Translations under genes and position numbers: made by a program
Source: Vulcanimicrobiota bacterium
GTDB lineage: Bacteria; Vulcanimicrobiota; Vulcanimicrobiia; Vulcanimicrobiales; Vulcanimicrobiaceae
DNA length: 52,496 bases
Reading direction: 5' to 3'
Assembly (NCBI GenBank): GCA_030038215.1
Contig: JASHPI010000100.1
Span: 1-52,496, forward strand
Shown: positions 12,469 to 21,129 of the stretch, piece by piece
How positions within the stretch are numbered: the first letter of the stretch is position 1
How the letters are laid out: every line of letters starts with the position of its first letter
The notes under the pieces: model-generated
Seen by the model: the letters and a program-made list of their open reading frames with translations, nothing else
Databases searched by the model: none
What the model was told of the DNA's origin: nothing

Positions 12469-15256
12469 ACGGTCGCCGAATCGTAGCAAAGCCCCGGTCG
12501 TTAGCGGAACGGTGACCTTTGCCTTTACCGACATCGAACAGAGCACGCGGCGCTGGGAACGCAGCTTCTCGGCCATGGAGAGCGCCGTCCGTCGTCACGA
12601 TTCGTTGGTCTATGCAGCGATCGTCGATCGTGGAGGGTACGTTTTTAAGATGGTCGGCGACGCATTCTGTGCGGCGTTCGCCCGTGCTGAGGACGCGATT
12701 GCCGCGATGCTCGACGTGCAGCGCCGGCTCGCCGAGGAGGACTTTTCCGAACTTGACGGTCTGCCGGTGCGTGCGGCCATCCACACCGGGACTGCGAGCG
12801 AGCGAGACGGCGATTACTTCGGACCGACCGTCAATCGCGTCGCGCGGCTGCTGGCAATCGGGCATGGCGGTCAGATCCTCGTCTCGAGTGCGACGGCGGC
12901 ACTCGTCCAGGGTAACCTTCCGCCAAAAACGCGTTTACGCGATCTCGGCGAACACCGGCTGCGCGATCTGGCGCGGCCGGAACGTGTCTACGGCCTGAGC
13001 GCACCGGATCTGGCCGTCGACCTTCCACCACTGCGCTCGTTGAGCGCACTCGCGACCAACCTGCCGTTGCAGCTTACGTCGTTCGTCGGACGCGAAACCG
13101 AACTCCGCCAGATCGAGTCGCTCATCAAACAGCACCGGCTCGTTACGCTAATCGGTGCCGCGGGTGTCGGCAAGACGCGCACGATGCTGCAAGCTGCGGC
13201 GAATCTGCTCGACCACTGGGATGATGGCGCGTGGTTCGTCGAGCTCGCGTCGTTATCGAGCGGTGAGCACATCCCGTTGGCCGTCGCCCAGGCAATGGGG
13301 ATCACCCTCGAAGGAGACGACTCGCTGCAAAGTCTCATGCGCGCTCTAAAAGAGAAGAACGCGCTGCTCCTCTTCGACAACTGCGAGCATCTCGTCGATC
13401 CGGCGGCGCGCGCGATCGCAGCGCTGCTGTCCGGCTGTCCAAAGCTTAACGTGCTCGCGTCCAGCCGTCAGTCGCTCGAAGTCGATGGCGAGCAGCTGTA
13501 CCGGCTACCTTCGCTCGGGGTTCCGGACGAGGATGAAGCAGAGCCTTTGCAAGCCGCCGACGCGATGCAATCCGCGGCGATCCTGCTCTTTGTCGACCGT
13601 ACCTCGGCAGTCGAAAAACGATTCGCGCTGACGGATGCGAATGCATCGGAGATCGCAGAAATTTGCCGCAGGCTCGACGGCATTCCGCTCGCGATCGAGC
13701 TCGCTGCATCGCGAATGTCGATACTCAGCCTAGCTCAGCTTTCGAAGATGTTGAACGAGCGGTTCCGCCTGCTCGTGCAAAAGAAGGGCGATCGGCTGCC
13801 GCGCCAGCAGACGTTGCGCGCGCTCATCGACTGGAGCTTTGACCTGCTTACCGAGGACGAGCGCGCGGTCTTCAGACGCTTCTCCGTATTTGTCGGCGGA
13901 TGCAGGCTGGAGGCGGCGGTGGCGGCGTGCGCCGACGAAAGCATCGACGAGTGGCAGGTGTTCGAGTTGCTCTCCGGCTTAGTTGCGAAATCGCTCGTTG
14001 TCACAGAACCGCGCGATGACGAGCATCGCTATCACATGCTCAACTCCATCCGAGAATATAGTCGCGAACGCTTGCTGGAGGAGAACGAAGCCGGCGCCAT
14101 CCACGCAAAACACGGCCGCTATTACTCGGACCTTCTGCCCGCGCTCGCCCATCTGGTCGAATCACAGGACGACGCCCAGTGGCAGCAAGCGCTGACGCCC
14201 GAGCTCGCCAACCTGCGAGCGGCAGTGAGCTGGGCGATCGTCGCGCGCAACGACGCCGCAGCGGGTCTCAACCTCCTCGCACACTTCGAATGGCCGGAGC
14301 TCGTAACGACTCCGCAGGAAGCGGTCGCGTGGTTCGAAGCGGCCGTCGCGCTGATTGACGCAGCGGCAGACGACGTCATCAGGGCCCGCGTTCTTCGTCA
14401 TCTCGTTCGTTTGAAGTGGCTGGTCGGGCGCCCGATCTCCGAGCGGGTAGAGACGGCGCTAGAAGGAGTCACGGTGGCGCGCAAGTCGGCGGATCCGGAC
14501 GAAATCGCTCGCGCGCTCGCGAACCTCGGCAGTTGCTACCGCGACGCCGGTCGCTACGACGAGGCCGAGTCGACGTTTTCGCAGGCGTACCAAGCGCCGG
14601 AGCAGCTTTCAGCCATTACACTGAATCACGTCTTACGGAACTGGGCGGTAGCGAATCTCCAACGCGGGGATCTCGAAGCCGCACGCCGGCGCTTCACCGA
14701 AGTCGCTGAACGGGAACGTCCGGGAAGCGAAGCGCATGCCAGCGCGCTGCTGAATCTCGGTGAGCTCGAGTTTGCGATGGGCAACGTCGAGGCCGCGCGA
14801 GCGGCGGCGGGCAAAGCCAGAGAAACCCTTGCGCGATTGCGCGCCGCGCCGCTCGCGCTGGTTATTTGCAACCTGGCCGCCTACGCGCTGGCAGTCGACG
14901 ATCTGGCCGCCGCCCGCGACTTGCTCGGGGAGGCGCTGCGGCTGCTCAAAAAGTCGGGGGCTCGATGGATGATCGTCGCTTTGGAGCATCACGCGCTATT
15001 GGGCGTTCTCCAGGGCGATCACGAGCTCGCCGCTGCCCTGTTGGGATTTACCGAGGCCCACTACACACACAGGGGTCAACGCGAGCGCAACGAGCAGCAG
15101 GGCTACGAGCGGCTCGTCGGCCTGCTGTCGCAAATCTACGACCAGGAGGAGTTGACGCGGCGGCGGAATCAGGGGGCTCGTTTACAGGACGACCAGGCGC
15201 TGGAGCACGCTGCGGCGATTAGCCGTAGCGCAAAGCCGTTGTCGTCGCACGCATAG
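12434..15256 (+). CDS. Class III adenylate/guanylate cyclase domain fused to a STAND (NB-ARC-like) P-loop NTPase and a TPR-like repeat tail
   Basis: Cyclase motifs are FAFTDIEQST (12524), FKMVGDAFCAAF and GPTVNRVARL. The NTPase has Walker A GAAGVGKT (13154-13177), Walker B LLLFDNCEH and an NB-ARC-like GIPLAIELAA. The C-terminal ~300 aa are helical repeats rich in A/L/E/R (...NLGSCYRDAGRYDEAESTFSQAY...). GTG 12461 is an alternative start. Confidence 0.9.
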   Translation: MLSRRRRTQVNRRSPNRSKAPVVSGTVTFAFTDIEQSTRRWERSFSAMESAVRRHDSLVYAAIVDRGGYVFKMVGDAFCAAFARAEDAIAAMLDVQRRLAEEDFSELDGLPVRAAIHTGTASERDGDYFGPTVNRVARLLAIGHGGQILVSSATAALVQGNLPPKTRLRDLGEHRLRDLARPERVYGLSAPDLAVDLPPLRSLSALATNLPLQLTSFVGRETELRQIESLIKQHRLVTLIGAAGVGKTRTMLQAAANLLDHWDDGAWFVELASLSSGEHIPLAVAQAMGITLEGDDSLQSLMRALKEKNALLLFDNCEHLVDPAARAIAALLSGCPKLNVLASSRQSLEVDGEQLYRLPSLGVPDEDEAEPLQAADAMQSAAILLFVDRTSAVEKRFALTDANASEIAEICRRLDGIPLAIELAASRMSILSLAQLSKMLNERFRLLVQKKGDRLPRQQTLRALIDWSFDLLTEDERAVFRRFSVFVGGCRLEAAVAACADESIDEWQVFELLSGLVAKSLVVTEPRDDEHRYHMLNSIREYSRERLLEENEAGAIHAKHGRYYSDLLPALAHLVESQDDAQWQQALTPELANLRAAVSWAIVARNDAAAGLNLLAHFEWPELVTTPQEAVAWFEAAVALIDAAADDVIRARVLRHLVRLKWLVGRPISERVETALEGVTVARKSADPDEIARALANLGSCYRDAGRYDEAESTFSQAYQAPEQLSAITLNHVLRNWAVANLQRGDLEAARRRFTEVAERERPGSEAHASALLNLGELEFAMGNVEAARAAAGKARETLARLRAAPLALVICNLAAYALAVDDLAAARDLLGEALRLLKKSGARWMIVALEHHALLGVLQGDHELAAALLGFTEAHYTHRGQRERNEQQGYERLVGLLSQIYDQEELTRRRNQGARLQDDQALEHAAAISRSAKPLSSHA

Positions 15257-15267
15257 GAGTACCTTGA

Positions 15268-15450
15268 ATGTCCATTGCTACGAATCAAGCGTCCAACCAT
15301 CTCGACGCGCACGCACAGACGATTGACGAGCTCCACCGCAAACTAGCCGCCACACCGGGCGTCGATCAGGAACGTCTTCAGACGGCCGTGACGACCTACA
15401 AGGCGGCCTTTGTTCAGTTCCGCGACGACGCGCTCGGGTGCATGAACTAG
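15268..15450 (+). CDS. Small hypothetical protein (60 aa, predicted helical)
   Basis: GGAG lies about 8 nt upstream of the ATG. The ORF starts 11 nt after the cyclase-STAND stop on the same strand. No family was recognised. Confidence 0.4.
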   Translation: MSIATNQASNHLDAHAQTIDELHRKLAATPGVDQERLQTAVTTYKAAFVQFRDDALGCMN

Positions 15451-15454
15451 CGCG

Positions 15455-16975
15455 CTAACGCGGCCCCGCGCCGAGAGCCGCCGCGAGCGCGGTGCCTTCG
15501 GGTGTGCCAAGGCCCGTACACGGATCCCATCCTTGAGCGGCTTGGTACGGGCCGTTGCTTCCCGCCGTGACGTCGCTGAAGAACCGGCTGCCCGGCGCGT
15601 AAAGAATCGGTGCAAAGAATCCGACCGGAACACCGAGTCGTTGGTTGATGCGCGCGGTCAATGCGGACCATACCGGCGCGACCGCGCTCGTTCCGCCCAT
15701 CGCTAGTTCGACGCCGTCGACAACGACGTAGTATCCGGGCGATTGCTGCGCGGCAACGTCGGGTACGCCGCGCCCGGCGGATACGCCGTAGCCCGCCGCG
15801 GAGGAACGCGCGACATCCTGCCACGGCGGAACGGCGCCCCTGGCGCTGAAGCCGCCGCCGCTGCGCTCCCACGCCTGTTCGTCCGAGCCGGTGCCGGCGA
15901 TGACGGTCGCCCCGCAACCTATGACGAAGGGGCTCGAAGCCGGTGCCAGCACGTGAGGTTTCCCGTCGTAACTCAGCTCGGCCCCGTTATCTCCCGACGA
16001 ACAAAAGACGCTCATTCCCACGAGCGCCGCGGCGACGAAGAGCTCGTCAAGAATGTCCAGCGCAACGGGGGTCCATACATGTTCGGGCCAGCCGTAGCTA
16101 ATCGACAACACCGACGGCATGTATTCCTCGTCGAAGACGGCCTCGCGAACGGCGTCGAGGCACCCCCGCTCGTCATCGGGCGCCTCGTAGACGACCAGGC
16201 GAGCCGCAGGCGCGAGCGATGCAATGATTTGCACGTCGAGCGCTGCCTCGAGATCGTGCGTCGTGGCGACCTCGTGCGCGACGGCCGCGTCGTCGACTCG
16301 CTTGAGGATCGGAAGGGCCGAGGCGATTCCTTGTGCGCGCATGCATTGATTGAAGTCATTGGGCTTGAATTCGCCCCGCAGCTGCACGGCTGCGATCGTT
16401 TGGCCGGCACCGTCAGCCGAAGGAAACTGATAGCGTGCCGCAACATCGCTCGCAAGCAGCGGCTGCGCATGCCGTTGCAGCCCGCCGAGCTTGCGCGAAC
16501 GCGGCCACTGATGGAGGCCAAAGATCCCGCGGACGACGGCCGCGATCTCCGGCGGGACGCGCAGCGCATCCGAGCGATGCCGGAAGCGTTGTTTGATCTC
16601 GTCTTCAAAAATCGCGACCGTCGCGCCGAACGCGGAAATTAGTCCCTCGAGCGGGCCCTCGAGTGTCACCGACCTCCAATGCGATCCTGCGACCTTGATT
16701 CCGAAGCCGTCGCAATAACGGCGCAATAGCTCGACGTCAGCCGGATCTGCTCCGGTTTGCTCGGCCAACGTTTTTCGATCCACGTACGTGCGTTGCGACG
16801 GCGGCGTCGAGCCGAGCGTCAGCGCGCGTTCTCGATCGAGGTCGCCGCCACGGCGTGGTTTCAGCCACGCGGTCAAGAGCACGTCGGAGGCTGCCGCCAG
16901 CGGCTCGACTTGGCGGCTTCCCGGCCACGTCGTGCGCTGCGTTCCTGGTATAGGGACGCGTTGTTCGGCGGTCAC
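15455..16975 (-). CDS. Peptidase S53 (sedolisin/kumamolisin family) with an N-terminal pro-domain
   Basis: The N-terminus resembles the pro-kumamolisin activation domain. Catalytic signatures are EAALDVQ (Glu/Asp), SSGDNGA (oxyanion Asp) and GGTSAVAPVWSAL (Ser). The start is GTG. Confidence 0.9.
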   Translation of the reverse strand: MTAEQRVPIPGTQRTTWPGSRQVEPLAAASDVLLTAWLKPRRGGDLDRERALTLGSTPPSQRTYVDRKTLAEQTGADPADVELLRRYCDGFGIKVAGSHWRSVTLEGPLEGLISAFGATVAIFEDEIKQRFRHRSDALRVPPEIAAVVRGIFGLHQWPRSRKLGGLQRHAQPLLASDVAARYQFPSADGAGQTIAAVQLRGEFKPNDFNQCMRAQGIASALPILKRVDDAAVAHEVATTHDLEAALDVQIIASLAPAARLVVYEAPDDERGCLDAVREAVFDEEYMPSVLSISYGWPEHVWTPVALDILDELFVAAALVGMSVFCSSGDNGAELSYDGKPHVLAPASSPFVIGCGATVIAGTGSDEQAWERSGGGFSARGAVPPWQDVARSSAAGYGVSAGRGVPDVAAQQSPGYYVVVDGVELAMGGTSAVAPVWSALTARINQRLGVPVGFFAPILYAPGSRFFSDVTAGSNGPYQAAQGWDPCTGLGTPEGTALAAALGAGPR

Positions 16976-17028
16976 TCGCTTTCACAGCGCTTCGCCGTAG
17001 CGAACGCAAAGGTCCTCGGGCGTCTGAC

Positions 17029-18957
17029 ATGCAAGAAGGCGCCATGTCCCTTTTCCGGCGGCTTTTGCCATGGCCGGTCTTCGTCGCATTTACAGTCGCG
17101 TCTATAATGGCAGGCGCCTTTGCGCCGGCGGCCGGCTCGTCGAGTCCGGCTGCAGCGCACGCCTGCGGCGCGCCCATCGCAGGACACGAGATCGAACCGC
17201 CCCCCGACGTACCGATGTGGGACGCGCCACTCGATGCGCACGGTTTGCACGAGCTCATCCTTGCCGTGCACAAAGACGGCGACCGCTATTGCTACCGCTA
17301 CACGTGGAATGGCGCCGTGCAGACGGTTGCTCCGACGATCCGTGTGAAGCCCGGCGAACGCTTTGCAATCCGCATCGTCAACGATATTGTGGAGCAATCG
17401 AAGGGCGAGACGGCGCCGTCGACGGCGCTGCCGCCGTGCAAGCCGATGATGATGCCGGACGCGCCTGTCCATCATTGGGTGGGCTATCTCAACCACACCA
17501 TCGACGATCGCCGCATGCCGATCGCCGGGCTCGACGTCAATCTGCACCTGCACGGCTTCGAAGGGCCGGCGTCGATGGAGGACATCTTCCTCTCGTCGCT
17601 CAGCACGCCGATGCACGCATGCGAATACGATATTACGATTCCCGCGACTCAGCCTTCTGGAACCTACGTTTATCATCCGCACGCGCACGGAGGGTCGGAT
17701 ATCGAGGTCGCGGGCGGGCTGGACGGCGCGTGGATCGTGGAGCCTAAAACGCCGGAGCTGCCGCTTTCCGCGCAGCACGTCCTGGTCGTCCGCTATCGGA
17801 TTCCGTTCGAGCTTGACAACAAATTCCAACCCGACGATGGAGGCGCGATCGTGCGGCTGGCCGAGCAGCACGAAGCGACTCGTGATCCGGCTTCACCGGT
17901 GCCGTACGATCCCTTCAACCCGCCGCCGTGGCCGGTGACCTATCCCATGCACGGCGGGGGCGTTTCGCTCGATCCGTCCGGTTGCGAGGGGCTCGGCTCC
18001 GAGGTAGCGGTTCAGGTCGACGGCACCGACGTGCCGGCACTGATGAGCGTTCCTGCAGGCCAAACGCAGTGGTTACGCATCGTGAACGGCACCTCCGATA
18101 CGGCCGAGCTCTTCGCGCTGCGCGACAGCAACGGGAATACGCAGCCCTTGCAGGTCGCGAGTCTCGATGGCGTTCCGATCTCCGGCGACATGCAGCGTCC
18201 GCTCGCGCGCTATCTCTCGTTTAGCCAGCTCATGCTCACGCCGATGGGGCGTGCCGGCGTCCTGCTCGCCGTACCGGCTGGGGCAACGTACACGCTCTCA
18301 ATCGAGCATTACTGCAGTGGCGCCGATGCCTTCTTCGAGATGCACCACGACTTAGTTCGCATTCAGGCTGTCGCAGGAGCCGGTGCCGGCACGGCCTTCG
18401 CTTCACACCCGGAGGCCGCGTCGCAGACGCCGGCTGCAAAGCTGGTCGCCTTCGCCGGGGACCACCCTAAGCTGGTTCGGCGGCGCGCCATTGCGTTTAC
18501 CGAGTATGCCTTCCCGAAGTCCGGAAAGACGAAAGCTCATCAGGCGTACTATATCACCGACATCACCGACAGGAACTTTCACGAGCATCCGTTTTGGCCA
18601 TCGTATCGCGACGGCGGAACCGTTCCGCTGCAGGCGGACATCGTCGTGAAGCAGGGCAGCATCGAGGAGTGGTCTCTGATTAACACGACGATGGAGGCGC
18701 ACGGATTCCATATCCATCAGATGGCATTCGTGCAAGAACGCAGCCCGATGGGCGTGCCCGTAACGCTGGACACCGCCTTCGTCCCGGTCGGCAAACTCTT
18801 GGCCAATCCGCACGATCCGGAGTATCCGCTCGTTAAACCGTCCATTACGAAGGTGCTATTGGACTTCCGGCACGTTCCCAAAGGCACGTTCGTCTTCCAC
18901 TGCCACATGCTCTTTCACGAGGATCACGGCATGATGGGCGTGATACGCGTTGTGTAA
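17029..18957 (+). CDS. Multicopper oxidase (laccase/CueO-like), secreted
   Basis: Four copper-binding motifs are present: HLHGFEG, YVYHPHAHG, HGFHIHQ and FHCHMLFHEDHGMM. The signal peptide is MSLFRRLLPWPVFVAFTVASIMAGAFA. ATG 17044, with GAAGG upstream, is a likely alternative start. Confidence 0.9.
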   Translation: MQEGAMSLFRRLLPWPVFVAFTVASIMAGAFAPAAGSSSPAAAHACGAPIAGHEIEPPPDVPMWDAPLDAHGLHELILAVHKDGDRYCYRYTWNGAVQTVAPTIRVKPGERFAIRIVNDIVEQSKGETAPSTALPPCKPMMMPDAPVHHWVGYLNHTIDDRRMPIAGLDVNLHLHGFEGPASMEDIFLSSLSTPMHACEYDITIPATQPSGTYVYHPHAHGGSDIEVAGGLDGAWIVEPKTPELPLSAQHVLVVRYRIPFELDNKFQPDDGGAIVRLAEQHEATRDPASPVPYDPFNPPPWPVTYPMHGGGVSLDPSGCEGLGSEVAVQVDGTDVPALMSVPAGQTQWLRIVNGTSDTAELFALRDSNGNTQPLQVASLDGVPISGDMQRPLARYLSFSQLMLTPMGRAGVLLAVPAGATYTLSIEHYCSGADAFFEMHHDLVRIQAVAGAGAGTAFASHPEAASQTPAAKLVAFAGDHPKLVRRRAIAFTEYAFPKSGKTKAHQAYYITDITDRNFHEHPFWPSYRDGGTVPLQADIVVKQGSIEEWSLINTTMEAHGFHIHQMAFVQERSPMGVPVTLDTAFVPVGKLLANPHDPEYPLVKPSITKVLLDFRHVPKGTFVFHCHMLFHEDHGMMGVIRVV

Positions 18958-20173
18958 CGTGAGATCCGGGATCTTCGCGGCTGCCGCGCTGATCGGCATA
19001 GCCGGCTGTTCAGGATCCGAGTCGGGTCCGGCGGTGGTCCCGGCGCAGGTCGCGTTCGCCGGCCACGCGAGAACCGCATTACGCTCGTGCCGGCAACCGG
19101 CTCCTCGCGCTCCCGACCCCGACGCGGTGCACGGGCTGATGGTCTGGTTGGACAGCGTCGACGAAACGAAGAACGATCCCGCCATTCTGAAATACGTAGC
19201 TGCAGATCCGAATCTGTGCGGCGCGAGCATCGTCGTGCTGTGGTCGGAAATCGATAAAGGACCGAAGGCCAACCCGCAATACGATTTCGATCCGATCGAA
19301 CGAGCGATCGAGCCATGGATCGCCGCTCGGAGGATCGTCAACCTGCTTCTCGTCGGCGTCGACGAAGTCGGCACGAGCGACCGCGCGACGCCTGCGTGGG
19401 TGCTCGGGCAGACCGGTCCGAATCACGTCGATCTCGTGCCGTGCTCGGATCCAGGCGGCGGCGTGGTCGTGCCGCCGACGCCGGTGTATTGGGAGCTCGG
19501 TTACCTCACGCCGTGGCACAAGTTCGTGGCTGCGGTCATCCGGCGCTACGGAGCCAACCCGAACGTCGGTTACATGCGCTTTGGCTTGGGCGCCGGCGCC
19601 GAGGACTTTCCGCAGCACGGCGCCGACGGCAACTGCTTTCCCGTCTGGCACAAAAAGTACGGCCTGTCGGCGAGGTTCTGGGCGCAGTACAGCGCGCGAC
19701 TGACGGGGTTCATTGCCGCCGCCGCGCGCCGCGACGATTCAAGCGCGCAGCAAATGGTCGCGCTCAATTACTTCTCCGACCCCGAGCGACCGTTCAACGT
19801 TCAAAATGAGGTAGCCAGCGTTGCTGCCGCGGACGGCGTCGGCTTCGGCACTGAGAATCTGGGGTCGGGCCAATATGGAACCGTCGTCGAAAAATGTACG
19901 TCGCAAGAGTATTGGTGCGAGGCATTCATGGCACACGCCGGCCAGGTGCCGCTTCAGTTTCAGCCCATCAACTTCACGCTCCAACCGGGAACACACATCC
20001 TTCCGCTGCCGAAGCTCCTGGCGTATGCGTTGTACAACGACGCGCAAGTATTCGAAATCTATCCCCAGGACTGGTTGACGGCCGACGACCCTCACTACCG
20101 GACCTACGCCGCGCACCATGCGGCCTGGGAGCGAGCCTTCACGAAGGCGGCCGCCCGCCTTGGCGGAACGTAG
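18950..20173 (+). CDS. Lipoprotein, possibly a TIM-barrel glycoside-hydrolase-like protein
   Basis: The lipobox is AAALIGIAGCSGS. The segment VLWSEIDKGPKANPQYDFDPIERAIEPWIAARRIVNLLL resembles the W..IEP..G.YDF motif of clan GH-A enzymes. The function call is weak. The start overlaps the MCO stop. Confidence 0.6.
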   Translation: MCNVRSGIFAAAALIGIAGCSGSESGPAVVPAQVAFAGHARTALRSCRQPAPRAPDPDAVHGLMVWLDSVDETKNDPAILKYVAADPNLCGASIVVLWSEIDKGPKANPQYDFDPIERAIEPWIAARRIVNLLLVGVDEVGTSDRATPAWVLGQTGPNHVDLVPCSDPGGGVVVPPTPVYWELGYLTPWHKFVAAVIRRYGANPNVGYMRFGLGAGAEDFPQHGADGNCFPVWHKKYGLSARFWAQYSARLTGFIAAAARRDDSSAQQMVALNYFSDPERPFNVQNEVASVAAADGVGFGTENLGSGQYGTVVEKCTSQEYWCEAFMAHAGQVPLQFQPINFTLQPGTHILPLPKLLAYALYNDAQVFEIYPQDWLTADDPHYRTYAAHHAAWERAFTKAAARLGGT

Positions 20174-20214
20174 TCGAACGTAACCGCACCGAATACAGCC
20201 GAGGGCCAACAAAG

Positions 20215-20676
20215 ATGTCGATGATGGCGCGCGACGCGTTGCTCCACTACGCCCACTTTCTATGCATCTTCTTACTTGCCAGCCTTTTGTCCGGAGAGGT
20301 AATTCTGCTGAAGAGATCGCTCTCGCGCGCCCGGATCGCGCAGCTTCAGTCCGTCGACCGTTGGTACGGCATCTCCGCCGCCCTGGTCATCGTAACCGGC
20401 TTATTGCTGGTGTTCTTCGGCCTCAAAGGCTCGGCGTATTACGCCCACAACGGCATCTTCTGGGCGAAAATGGCGCTGTTTGTCGGCATCGCGCTGGTCT
20501 CAATCGTGCCGACAATCGAGTACCTCCGGTGGAATCAACGCGCCGGCGCGGACGGCTCGATCGTCCTGGAAGCCGGCGAGTATCGCAGGCTGCGCGGCTT
20601 GCTCTGGATTCAAGTCAGCCTCTTGGTCTTCATTCCGCTCTGCGCCGCGCTGATGGCGAACGGCATAACGACATAA
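20215..20676 (+). CDS. Small four-helix membrane protein (DUF2214-like)
   Basis: The 19894..20676 ORF is trimmed to ATG 20215. The sequence MSMMARDALLHYAHFLCIFLLASLL...DRWYGISAALVIVTGLLLVFFG...FWAKMALFVGIALVSIVPT was recognised from memory of the DUF2214 pattern. Confidence 0.65.
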   Translation: MSMMARDALLHYAHFLCIFLLASLLSGEVILLKRSLSRARIAQLQSVDRWYGISAALVIVTGLLLVFFGLKGSAYYAHNGIFWAKMALFVGIALVSIVPTIEYLRWNQRAGADGSIVLEAGEYRRLRGLLWIQVSLLVFIPLCAALMANGITT

Positions 20677-20766
20677 TCGTCGCGGGTTTGGCGCGACTGC
20701 ACCGAGGGGGAGGGTACGAGCGAGTTGAACCTCCCTGGCCCTTGTCTTCTTCGGAAAGGAGCCACG

Positions 20767-21129
20767 ATGCGTTTCTCTCGACTGGTTGCCGGCTTTTTAC
20801 TGCCGCTGGGACTCGCGCTTCCCGCCGGCGTGCTAGCGCACCAGCCTTCCGGAACGATCTCCGTAGCACAGGCCGCCGCGCCCAGCTCGGCTCAGGTGCA
20901 GGCCGCGGTAAAGAGCGCGCTTCAGAGTGCCGGACTGACGATGCAGCAGAAGAGACAGATCGTCCCGATGGTGCAGCAGTACAAATCGCAGACCGAAAAC
21001 GCCGATGCAGCGACGAAAAAATCCGCGCAGGAAGCTCTTCTCAAAAATATCTACGGCGTGCTGACGCCTGACCAGCAAGAAAAGTTCAAAGCGTCCCTCA
21101 AGGCCTCGCTGGCGAACCCTTCTCCCTAG
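20767..21129 (+). CDS. Periplasmic LTXXQ-motif protein (Spy/CpxP family)
   Basis: Trimmed to ATG 20767, which has GGAG upstream. The signal peptide is MRFSRLVAGFLLPLGLALPAGVLA. Two LTxxQ motifs are present (LTMQQKRQI and LTPDQQEKF). Confidence 0.75.
   Translation: MRFSRLVAGFLLPLGLALPAGVLAHQPSGTISVAQAAAPSSAQVQAAVKSALQSAGLTMQQKRQIVPMVQQYKSQTENADAATKKSAQEALLKNIYGVLTPDQQEKFKASLKASLANPSP

Noticed and set aside
6781-15450. Interpretation of the low-GC block as a prophage remnant or integrative element. The repeat protein superficially resembles tail-fibre proteins.
   Set aside because: I found no integrase, transposase, terminase, capsid or tail genes, no tRNA target and no flanking direct repeats. 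Only the compositional signal remains.
17029-21129. A copper-homeostasis island made up of the multicopper oxidase, the DUF2214 membrane protein and the Spy/CpxP-like protein.
   Set aside because: The link rests only on proximity. I cannot support a copper role for the DUF2214-like or LTXXQ proteins from sequence, and no CopA/CusR/CueR-type genes are present.
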